Assembly (NCBI GenBank): GCA_015680685.1
Contig: MNCI01001630.1
Coordinates: 248,478 to 312,477, forward strand
Origin: Gnetum montanum
Taxonomy: Eukaryota; Plantae; Gnetophyta
Direction of reading: 5' to 3'
DNA length: 64,000 nucleotides
Under the pieces are notes generated by a model. That model did not search any database. It was not told the origin of the DNA and worked only from the letters and a program-made list of their open reading frames with translations. Positions 1-10,870 of this stretch are shown in pieces; positions within the stretch are counted from its first letter, which is position 1; every line of letters starts with the position of its first letter. Position numbers and translations under genes: made by a program.

Positions 1-142
1 TACGGAGAGAATGACTTTTTAGTTCCAACCAGAGTGGAATTTTATGGCATATTTAGACACTTTTAAGTATTTACTTATATTTTACAGTTTGTTTTCAAGG
101 TCAATTATTCCTATATTTGTGATGATTTTAGGGGATGGAAAA

Positions 143-338
143 GGACGGTTATGAGAAAACGGGTAAAATTATCTCACACTTAGAGTAAGAGAAAAACTCT
201 TAAGTTTTTTAAAGAAAACGTAAATCAGAAAATAGCTGACGGACGGTTATGTGAGAACGGGTAAAATTATCTCACACTTACAAGAGAAAAACTTGAAGTT
301 TTTTTAAAGAAAACGTAAATCAGAAAATAGCTGACGGA
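143..338 (+). repeat. ~97-bp direct tandem duplication upstream of the VAMP gene
   Basis: GGACGGTTATG...GGGTAAAATTATCTCACACTTA...AAAACGTAAATCAGAAAATAGCTGAC occurs at 143-240 and again at 241-335. Confidence 0.9.
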
Positions 339-940
339 ATAACGAAACCAAATTCCAGCCTGGTTCTTCAACCCTAAAACACAATCGAAACTTAAAAAAA
401 AAAGAGTAAAAAAAAAAAAAACAAAAACAAAAAAAAAAAGCATCGCCCCCGAGAAAGAGGCAAAGATATTAAAACACAATCGAAACTTGAAAAAGAAAAA
501 AAAGGGCAAAGAAAAAAAAGGGCAAAGAAAAAAACATCGCCAAACTCGCAGGAGGCAAAGATATTCGAACCTTCCCGATAAAAGGGAAGAAATAAAACAG
601 AACACAGATACCGAAATCATGCTCGAAATGATCTGGCACTGACTTGGACATGCTCTGAGCTGTCGGAATTTTCGCTTTGTTTCGCTCCAAAATAATCCAA
701 TCCAACGCAAAGTAAAAAGAAGTAATTGAGTGCAGCCCTGCGCCTGCAACTGCGACTGCGACTGGACAATTCTAAGCGCAAATCCAGCGTAGCGTCGGGT
801 AGCAGGGTTTCGTCTGTCTCTGCTTCGGTCGTCCTCTGCTTTCGATCGTAATCGCAGAAGAGGAATAGCGACTTGCACCTCCACGGATCCATCCCAGAAC
901 GACAATTGAATTCTTTTGAACTGAATCAAATCAAAAAGAG

Positions 941-1157
941 ATGGCGATTTTGTATTCGCTGGTATCGCGCGGTTCCACTGTTCTGGCGGAGTTCAGCGCG
1001 ACGACGACGAACGCGAACGCGATCGCAAGGCAGATCGTGGAAAAGCTGCCGTCTGCGGGCGATTGCAATGTCTCTTATTCGCAGGACCGATACATCTTCC
1101 ACGTCAAACGCACCGATGGTCTCACCGTCCTCTGCATGGCCGACGACACCGCCGGAA
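941..1157 (+). CDS. VAMP71: VAMP71 exon 1 (longin N-terminal part)
   Basis: ATG at 941; donor A|GTACGT at 1158; phase 1 joins to GA-CGA-ATA-CCG (RRIP). Confidence 0.95.
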
Positions 1158-4100
1158 GTACGTTTTACCTTACCCTTTGTATTCATTTCCGTTCCATTCC
1201 ATTCTATTCTATGATTTCTTTTTCCAGCGTCTCTGAGTCGCTGATCGCACTAATAAGGGAGTCTCTACGGCAAAATTACACAGCAAAATCCGAATTTTGT
1301 TAAAGGCAACCGTTTCATGACAGGTCTAGTTTATTAAAATCTGCTTAGAATTGTGTGCCTGCGATAAAACGTATCGATATTGAAAAAGCAAGCACCTACT
1401 GGGCAAATTCCACTAATTTGTTCGGTGTGTCACGGGACTGAAAGAGTAAGCAAGCAATAGATTCCATTGGTTGGGAGGGTAGGGGTATATCATAACTGGA
1501 TGAGTGCGGAATCAAAAGGTATTTTTTGGGGGCAACGAAGATTTTATTCGGTGAGTGAACGAAGAAACCCAGTATGCTGACTGTAGGCAGCTCTCTTCCC
1601 TGGTGTCTGCTAAATCCATGGCCTCAGTGTAAACTACAAGATTTTGCAATGTCCCAAAACTACTTGCCATAAATTTCCAATTGCAATGACTGGCTAAAAC
1701 TTGGCTAAAAATTCCCTATAACATCCATGTACCTGTTTTTCCAATGAACCAAGTAGCCCCTTTGAAATATTATTCAAGCCTTTAGTATGATCTACTGTAC
1801 AAAGTATAGCAATGAAGATTGGATCTGATTGCAGTTTGTTTTTTCATTCCTAAGATTCTGGTCCATGATCTAGAATCCTATGGTTTTGCAATATTAAAAA
1901 ACATTAAAAAATATCAAATTTTTAATCATTTTTAGAAGTATATATAATCAAGAAGACCAAAAATTGAAATCCAGAAAAAACAATATATTCAATTTTAAGC
2001 CTAAAAATTTCTAAGCATAGTAATATAACAACATTGCATTAAGTATTAACATCAACATAAATTCATTATTTATACTCCCCTATGCATTACAAAAAGTTTC
2101 AAATGTAAGCTGGGTTGTTTCTTTGTGCTACACTGCAGTATTAAGTATTCATCAGTAACCAAAAGAAATGAGCTGAAGAATGTCTGAAATCAGCTGCTAA
2201 ACTGATTCAAAATGAGTTGAAGAATGCACTGCTGAGCTCCTTAAGAATACATTGTGCTCCACACACATTCTTCCTTGTAGAAAAATGTACACTCAAAGTG
2301 GCAAAACCTTAAAATAGCTAATGATGCATATCCATAATATTCTATGCTCATTCTTTCTACTTTTATAGCTATATTGAGTCTCAAGTTTTGTTATTCAAAT
2401 GGTGTTTTAATGTTTAAAGAAATGTTTAACAATAAAAAAATGTACACTTCTAAATGTTGTTCTTAAAGATTCTAGAATCACCTAGAATCTTCCGGAATCA
2501 TGATTCTGAGCTGGATTGCAATCTAGAATTGCCTGGAATCATGATTTGGAACTGGATTGTGATCCAGAACTGATCCATATTGCAATTGTTCAGATTATGA
2601 TACCTGGATTACAATCTTGATTTGATCTTCATAAGTATGGTACAAATCCATTGTGCATTGTAGTGATGAACCCTTACATGTTGCAGTTATATTTTATTGA
2701 CTACGCAAAGTAGATCTGAAGGTTTCAACAAAACAATAAAGAATAGGATATATCTTGCGCAAGGAAATTCTTCCACTTTCTTTACTATTCCATCTTCAAG
2801 TTTGATCAAGCTTTTATATTTTTTATTTAGCACATGTACAATAATTTATTTTTGAACTTATATGTACCTCCAAGTAACATGAAAACGATTGATATATGAA
2901 CAACTTTTCATTATGTGCTTCTCTTTGACTCCAATTTTGCAGTTAGATATTTAAAATATTACACATCTAAACCTTTAATGCAACTATTTTGCTTACTTTA
3001 GACATTTTACTGTTTTTAGGGCTGATTCTGAGTACTGTTAAATATAAGATTGAACACATAACTCACTTAAATAGCGTTGTTTTCTTTAATGCACAAATGA
3101 CAAGAAATCTCAAAAGTTTTAGGAGTAGTTAATTACTACATAACATAAATAAACAGGGTTGTTAAGATTGTTGATGGAGAGATATAATCATTCCTTAAAG
3201 AGGTAATAATTCATAGAAAAAAGCATAAATATTTGAAGAAGAGAAGTAAGAAAGTTGAAATGAAAAGACCGAATCAATGCTATGAATAAATGACAATAAA
3301 AGAGGATGAAAATAGCTGTGGAGAATAGAAAGATATAACCATAGGTGATAATATACTGGAACAATGATTTTAAGAAATATATATAGAGATTGTTGAAGAA
3401 TATGGATCTGTAGAATAAAATGAGAGAGATAAAAGTTACATACTTGTTCAAGCATTGGTTTAATAGGCAGGCAGAGTGGTCAAAACTGACTTATCATAGC
3501 ACATTGAATAAGCCTCATGTATGCAGGAGACCGAAGATGTTAAGCTGTCCAAGTAGTCATGGACAATAAAAGATCCATTAAATGATAAGAATTTAATGAA
3601 TTTAAGATTTGTAATCTGTAATGCAATTAAAAAAATGCATTAAAGAAGTTTATGAAGTTATAGGCTTTTAAGTTACAAGATTTGTTTGGAAAACTACATT
3701 GTTTTAAGTTAAAAATTATCATCACCATCGTCTTAGTGCCTTTATCTCATCTATGATGCATTGACCATTAATTTAGTTGAATGATTTTACGATAACTTAT
3801 TATGTCCAACTGTGTATGTGATGCCATAGTTCCTGAACATATAATTTTACCATGCCCTCAAATGGCATGTGTTTCAGCATATCCCATAGAATTAAACCTT
3901 TGACTAGTAGACTATAAGCTATACACTCTATTCAAGTGAGCAATGTCTCACTGACTGTTTAACTTAAGAATGATTTACATAATTTAAGAAAGTTGACACA
4001 TTTGTAAAATTAGTTATCCACATTTTTCTGGTACCAAAATGCAAACAAAAGTTCTAGTGTTCTTATCAATTTCTATTGACACCTTGCAGACTGCACAAAT

Positions 4101-7100
4101 GTTCCTAGTTGTATTTTTTTTTTTTGGCAGAGAGGTCAACTACTAGTTGGCTGGACTTTGTCATGAGAATAAATAATTATTGTCATGACACAAGGCCAAG
4201 AGATGAACTTTTCAACATGAAAATCAATTATCAATTATTTAATTCTAGAATTTCATTAATTAAAAAAAAAAGATTCTCTTGACCAAATATTAGTTATATA
4301 TCATGAATATATAGCTAAACTAGTTATTAGTTATTCACAATTTTCTTTACTTTCAATGTGTTACACAGAAGAGGCAAGATTGTATTACCAATTATAGAAA
4401 GTTATTTGTGCTATGTTTATATAGACACCATTTTCTGATTTTAAAATATGAATACATATTTCCAAAATTTTATTTTTTAGTTACAATGAAAGGTTCTGTA
4501 GTTAGGTTCCTTGTTATATATATATATATATATATACTTTTTTTGGTGACGCCATGCATCTTGCAGTTGATCCTGACAAAAGCTTATCCTTTTTGCAATT
4601 TACATATGTGTCAGTTGTGTCTGTATTATCCTGTTTCTTAATACAGTCCAAGTATTATTTTTAAGAATTATTGTGGTTAGTTATTGTATCCAAAATTATT
4701 ATAATGGTCATTTATTTTGTTTATCGAGTGTCCTCGTAGATAGCATGAGAACTAGATCAAATTCATTGTTAACATCTAAAAATGACATTTGCTAAAGCAT
4801 GACCACAGCATTGTTCTCTGATAAAAAGGTTAGGCCTTTTGTTTTATTTTGGCTGGCTAATTTGTTCTGTGATACGTTATAATTTTGATTCTAGTTATAG
4901 AATCACTTTTAAATAGGCATCGGAACGTGTATTTAATGTATGAACCTTAAAATCGTTTCACTTATTAGAATAATTTTAAAATAAATTATAAAAGATGATA
5001 AAGATAGATTCAATAGATTATCTGAAAGTTGAGATACAAGAAGGTTGTTAGTAACTTTTAGAGAGTTTATATAATGCTTTTGGCTGCGTAAGCTGTGCAT
5101 GAAGTCCTTAAGTTTTCTTGAAGTTACATATTTTGAGTAAGATATTAATGTTGTTCACTAGATTTTTTCTTCTATTTTAAGTTTCACCTATGTAAAAACT
5201 GTCATTTAATTTCCTTTCAGGACGAATACCGTTTGCTTTTTTGGAGGACATTCATAGCAGATTTGTTAAATCTTATGGACGTGCTGTTCACACGGCTCTT
5301 GCTTACGACATGAATGAAGAATTTTCAAGAATTTTGAGTCAGCAGATGGACTATTACTCAAATGATCCAAATGCAGACAAGATAAATCGTATCCAAGGTG
5401 AAATGAGTAAGGTAAGAAATTAGTCCTGAATACAAATATATTACTGACCAGATGTTCTAGTTAGATTGTATTCTATGCCCTTTGGATCATTCATCCCATT
5501 GTAATTCATGGAGTTTAGCTTTTCTAACTGTTTGAGATGCACGGAATATTCCAACAGGTCAGAAAAGGTTTGCTAAATATAATATCAAATTTGTTTGTGA
5601 CTTGGCCAAAATTCAACAAATTATATTGCTATTATTTTTAATACATTTTCCTTCTTTCTATAGAATTGGCTTGTTATTTAAACTGTGTCAATTTTTTGTC
5701 TTCTGCCAGCTTTCTCATTTTTATATCAGTTTACCATTGTACAATGATATAATGAACAATGAATAGGTTCGTGCTGCTATGGTGGAGAACATAGACAAAG
5801 TTCTTGAGAGAGGTGAAAGATTGGAACTGCTTGTAGATAAAACTGCAAATATACAAGGGAACACCTTTAAATTCAAGAAGCAAGCTCGCCGCTTCAAAAA
5901 TACAATGTGGTGGAAAAATGTCAAACTAACGTATGTATCGGAGACTTCAATTTATTATTTTTTAAGTTTGATAATATTTCTTTTTTAAAGTTTCAACATG
6001 TTGGTTGCCAAGTTTATGTTTGTTTTTTCTTAACACACACGGAGCCAGTAGTACATCAAGCAAGTCGAATAATTTATTCTTTTTTTGCTTCTTGTGTTGC
6101 CAAATATTGTGATATAGAGAGGGCATCCAAGCATCTGTTTTTTTTTTAAATTAATTTTTTATTTTTTGGACTTGTAATGGAATCATATCCAATGTAATCA
6201 GGGATGTGCATATATTGTTGTGAAACTTGTTCTGTGTTTGTATGTGCTCCCAGTTTGTGTGCTTGTTAACTGTTCTATAACTTACAATTATTCCTGATAG
6301 TTTCAAATTTGAATATCATTGGTTTGATGTTGGATATAGTAAAAGTCTTTGATTAAAATGTTGGCAAAAAATCAGTCTTTTTCAAGATGAAAAGGTAACC
6401 AATTCAGTATGACTTTTGAACTGACTGTTGAAAAAGTAGCCTATAAAGATAAAAACAATTGGCGGTGTACATTCTATGTATTTGACATTGTGTGCTGGAC
6501 TGTGTGTGATAGCGTTGAGCTGCCTGAAAGTGCTGGACTATGTTTAATATACTATGACACATCTAATTCATAGTTACTTTTTTGTTTAATACATTTTGAA
6601 TATTTTATCACTAGACATTAATGTAGTACGTTTTATTCTTTTATGACTTTGTTTAACTTTTATTATTCATTTTGTCAATTTTTTTTATATTTATGTTTAT
6701 TATGCGTATTTATACGATGTACATTATGAAACCTACAAAATATTTCCTTTTAAGCATGCTGACTTTTTGGAATCTTTGCCAACTTTTAAAATTGTCAAGC
6801 TGAGAAAATTGTTTTTTTTTTTTCAACTTTTTAATCATTGATAAAAGCTGATATGGCATCCTAAAAACTTTGGAATTTGCTTTGTAGTTTGAGGGGTTAA
6901 TAAATTTGATTATATCTTTTCTCATGTTTTTTCTTTAAAAAAGTCGATTCTTTTAACAAGGGATGCATGCTTTACAAGCGAATGACGAAAGCTGGGCCAA
7001 CACTGCATATTCACCCTAAAAAGAACCCTATAGCCTAGGGTAGCTGCATTAATAAAGTATTTTGGAGATGTTTCTTGATTTTCAGCTATGCATGTATACC

Positions 7101-7567
7101 ATTTTTCTAATTAATGCATTATCTTTTTGCTCATGCATTGAGAATTGTAATGCTAATTGTATACGTAATTTTATTCTCATACACTGCTAGGTAGCGATTT
7201 TTCCGTTTGAAATTTTTTTTATTTCTTTAAAGATACATGTATTCCATGGAGGTAATTTTTGTGTATGTTTTGTTGTTTGCACATGCATAAAACAGTGTTT
7301 GGATGATTTCATTTCAGACATTCAGCTGTTGGGGAAAATTTTTTAATGATACAGACTCATAGAATGTATTTGAGGATAAGTTTAGATTAAACATATACAT
7401 AATGGGTTTTGAGCTTTACTTTTATGTTATATCCTTGGATTTGCAAGGATTAACTTTTCCTTATTTTTGTTCTCAGGGTTGCAATAATAATCTTGATTCT
7501 GATCGTGATCTATATCATTTCTGCTATAGTTTGCAAGGGTGTTCTCCTGCAGTCGTGCATAAGGTGA
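941..7567 (+). CDS. VAMP71: Vesicle-associated membrane protein 71-type longin R-SNARE, join(941..1157,5221..5411,5767..5930,7477..7567), 220 aa
   Basis: Longin domain (MAILYSLVSRGSTVLAEF...MADDTAG-RRIPFAFLEDIH), synaptobrevin SNARE motif (MVENIDKVLERGERLELLVDKT...MWWKNVKLT) and C-terminal TM (VAIIILILIVIYIISAIVC). All three introns are GT..AG and in phase; exons total 663 nt = 220 codons + stop. Confidence 0.96.
1805..2639. mobile_element. Degenerate non-autonomous hAT-like DNA transposon in VAMP71 intron 1
   Basis: 8-bp flanking near-duplication GTACAAAG (1797-1804) / GTACAAAT (2640-2647); imperfect TIRs TATAGCAATGAAGATT vs rc CATACTTATGAAGATC (11/16); subterminal GAATC/GATT/GATC repeats at both ends. 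Confidence 0.55.
5221..5411 (+). CDS. VAMP71: VAMP71 exon 2
   Basis: Acceptor TTCCTTTCAG at 5220; RIPFAFLEDIHSRFVKSYG...GEMSK; donor GTAAGA at 5412. Confidence 0.95.
5767..5930 (+). CDS. VAMP71: VAMP71 exon 3 (SNARE motif)
   Basis: AATAG|GTT CGT (VRAAMVENIDKVLERG); donor GTATGT at 5931. Confidence 0.92.
7477..7567 (+). CDS. VAMP71: VAMP71 exon 4 (transmembrane anchor, stop)
   Basis: Acceptor TTTTTGTTCTCAG at 7476; VAIIILILIVIYIISAIVCKGVLLQSCIR*; not in the ORF track because it is short. Confidence 0.92.
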
Positions 7568-9039
7568 TTGAAGGTAGATGATTGCAGCAAATGACTTTGT
7601 CCAAAGCTCTACATATATTTATTCAGCATTATGTTTCCTAAAAATGAATTTAGCATGTCGTTTTCTGATGATTCTTCATTGGCATGCGTTTTGTTCCTTT
7701 TTGATTTTTGATTTTTTTCTTTTTTGGCATATATGCGTGAATTTGCCTTCATATGTGTAAGAAAGCACAGTAATATCTGGCTGTCTGCGTGCATTTTGTA
7801 TTGTTATTTATCGATCCTGGTTCCAAGAAGAGCACAGTATCTTATGTATATTATCGTGAGTTACGACTACATTTTCATGGAAATGTTTTTTTAACAATTT
7901 TTTTGACGAAATTGTCTCTATGTTCCACCTTTTTTTGACAAAAAGTAAAACATAAAAAATAGCGGTTACTGTAAACACTCTGTTCGCAAGATAAGAGCAC
8001 AGGAATGTTGAAGTCATGTACACATTTCTATATTTCATCTTTTACTTCATGATATTTTCACGTGCATGCAGCTGTTATCACGAGTTCTTGACCTGCAGCC
8101 AAATCTGAGGTGTCAAATTTTAGCAAAGGGAAGTATTATAGGGTGTTTCTTACAAGAGCTATGATTATAATTCATATGCAGTACCTTGGTTATTTGTGCA
8201 ATTGGGCTTGAATTTGTTAGGATGATGTTTACTCGGTGGTTTACAGAATCACTTCCTACTTCAGCAGCATTTAAGCCTTCATGACGATATCATAGGACGT
8301 CACCAATCTACAGGCCAAACCTGTTTTTCTTATTTCCAAAAAACTTCATTGAACTAATTAGACCATTTATGTGATTCACAAAGAAAGTGTTAGAACACTA
8401 AAGCCTTTGAAAGCGAAAGCCAACTTCGTAACATAATCATACAATGATATTTTGTGCATAATTTTTTAAGGCCCAATAATATAATGTTAATTATATTTTG
8501 TTTATAACTTTATATCTAACGAAGATTATATAATGCTAAATAATTTCCTAAAATTTTCATTTTATATTAAACTAAATATTTTATGATTTGATTTTTAAAA
8601 AAGCGAAAAGATTCTCATGATACATGTTATTATAAATATATAGCCAAACTGAGTACATTCTGTACTTTGTTAATGTAAAGTATGGAAAAAGAATTAATCA
8701 GGATATATTTTATTTTGTTTCGTAAATATAACAGAAATGCTATAAATAAAAACTAATTATATTTACGTATATTGATTATATACTTTGTCGTTGGCTTTGG
8801 AGACACGATATCTTATATATTATTCACTGAATAATTTGCATGATTGTTACTTTTATCCAATATAGCTTGCATTGTTATTGAGGTGGCAATTCAAGTTGGA
8901 ATTTGTTGTTGTAGATTTAACTTGGTATTGAGGTATTGTGGTATCTTTTAGGTAGGAGAACTTTGTTAAATGTGCAAAATGAGTTGATTGTATGACCAAG
9001 GCTTTAAATTAAATTAGGCATTCAAATTAAAATAGGTCA

Positions 9040-9215
9040 ATCATTATCATCATTCTAGCCTTGCTCCAACAAAATGGGGTTGGTTACATGAGTTTTTTTG
9101 TTTTTTGTTTTATTGCCATTCACCTCTATGAAGAGCTAGATCTTTGTCTCTTTGCAATTTCTTCTAATCATCTTTAATTTTATTTTCTCATGTCTTTTTT
9201 GGTCTTCCTTTTCAA
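9040..9215 (-). mobile_element. 3' end fragment of an RTE-clade LINE
   Basis: Minus strand reads KGRPKKT*ENKIKDD*KKL...LALHRGEWQ...HVTNPI followed by a (GAT)n-like tail, matching plant RTE ORF C-termini. Confidence 0.65.
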
Positions 9216-9431
9216 TGGTTTTCTTGGAACAGTGATGAATAATCTTCTTTGCACATCTCCAAGTCATTAAGAAAATACCTTAGTAAGAGGGTATTGCTAT
9301 CATTGTTTTTGTGCTTCTTTTTAAAACATATGAAGTAAACCTTTTTTATTACAGTTGAAACTGTTGGTTTTAGATTAAACTCTGTTGCGTTTACAACGCA
9401 ACACAACAGCTTGCATGAATGCACAGATGAA

Positions 9432-10458
9432 TGAAACACCCCAAAATTCTAGGGCATTCTTGCTTCACCAGGCCTTTGCAATCTAAGTAGTGTCATGGCG
9501 GTTTTTCAAGAGAGGAATGCTCTGAGTAGAAAATTTGCCGAACTTTGAGTAGAAAATCTAAGCATAGCACAGCGTAGCACACAGCTATGCTACATAAATG
9601 CATTCCATTCGTTTTGACTGTTACTTCACCTAATTGCACCTTTGGCACACATCTCCAAGCTCTAATGACGTAATTACAACGTGGTAGGTTCATAATTACA
9701 GCATAGTAGGCTCGTCCAATGGTCATGCACGCCTATGCAACACAAACAAGTCAACAAGTCAACATAGGCCTAAGGCACGTGGCGTCCAAACCACATCTTT
9801 CGCGTGTCCTTGACCCTATAAATACCTCAATGAGCAACGCTCAGGAGGCCCTCTTTCCGTCCTTTTTTCGCTCGGTCAGTTGGTTGGTCCTCTACCTAGC
9901 AAGCGAGCAAAAAGTTAGCATTGTATTCCTGAGCATTGTAAACATCTTGTTTGACATTACAAGCAGTTGACACTCCCGTTTGGCATTTTTCTCTGTTCTT
10001 TCCTGCTATCCTCAGAGCATTCTACATTGTTGACTCCCGAGTCCATGTTCAAGTTTACAGCTGTCTTGCTCTAAACGTCTTGGCTACTCTTGGGATCCTG
10101 CGCCCCTCAACGCCATGCAACCAATTGTATTCACATTGATAGAGTGAAGTCACGTTCTTGAAGCGGTGCATTTTTCTAATTGCATTTTACTTTGTCTCTT
10201 GCTTATTATTGCATTTTACATTGTTTTCTGCCTCTTTTACATTTAAGCATTATTTTGCGCTATAAGCCTCATTCTCGAATTATCTGGTTGGAAAAGGTTA
10301 TATTAACATCGACTAAGTCCTTGTCTGATTGACTAGACCATTCAGGGCGCCCCGTTTCCGTTCTATCTAGCACGGCCCTCTCGTGGATTCAGGGTTAAGA
10401 TTGTCATGATCAACGACCTCTCGGTGTTTTCTAGCCATCGACGTTTTCGGTCACAACA
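9432..10458 (+). repeat. Element A 5' LTR (1027 bp, internally deleted)
   Basis: TG...CAACA; TATA box CTATAAATA at ~9816; aligns with 24901..26725 apart from a ~820-bp U3 deletion. Confidence 0.92.
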
Positions 10459-10464
10459 GTTTTC

Positions 10465-10481
10465 TGGTGCTAGAAGGAAGG
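10465..10481 (+). promoter_or_regulatory. Primer-binding site of element A (tRNA-Asn type)
   Basis: TGGTGCTAGAAGGAAGG, 6 nt after the LTR; near-complement of the plant tRNA-Asn 3' end (TGGCGCTAGAAGGAGGG), typical of Tat elements. Confidence 0.8.
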
Positions 10482-10507
10482 CCTTTTGGTGCCCTTTTCC
10501 ACGTGTC

Positions 10508-10809
10508 ACGGTAGTCCTGTAAGCCTTCTGCACCCTGATACGCATTAGCGTAAACTTGACACCTGTCTATGGTTCTTTACGCGTCGTGCGATGCAAATCG
10601 GTCGCCTTGAGGGTTCCTCGAGAACCCTATAGGAAATAAAGCCTTTGATCGCCAGTTGACTTGCCTGTCTTACGGTAGTCTTGCACGCGCTCTGTACCCT
10701 ATCACGCACTAGTGTAAACATGACACCTGTCTATGGTTGTTTACGCATCGTGTGGTATAGATTGGTCGCTTTGACGGTTCCTCGGGAACCCTGCAAGATA
10801 TAAAGCCTT
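10508..10809 (+). repeat. ~164-bp-period tandem duplication in the 5' UTR of element A
   Basis: ACGGTAGTC...GACACCTGTCTATGGTT...GGTTCCTCG.GAACCCT...TAAAGCCTTT at 10508-10646 and 10672-10809. Confidence 0.85.
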
Positions 10810-10870
10810 TTTTATTGCTTTCCAATTTCTTTACTTTTCTTTTCCGTTTGCAAAACTGTTTAGCTTAACA

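Noticed and set aside
267-929. 220-aa minus-strand ORF with Phe-rich, TM-like sequence
   Set aside because: Product of poly-A runs and the antisense of the VAMP71 promoter/5' UTR; no recognisable domain.
1158-1303. C-terminal part of ORF 941..1303
   Set aside because: Read-through into intron 1; VAMP homology continues at 5221.
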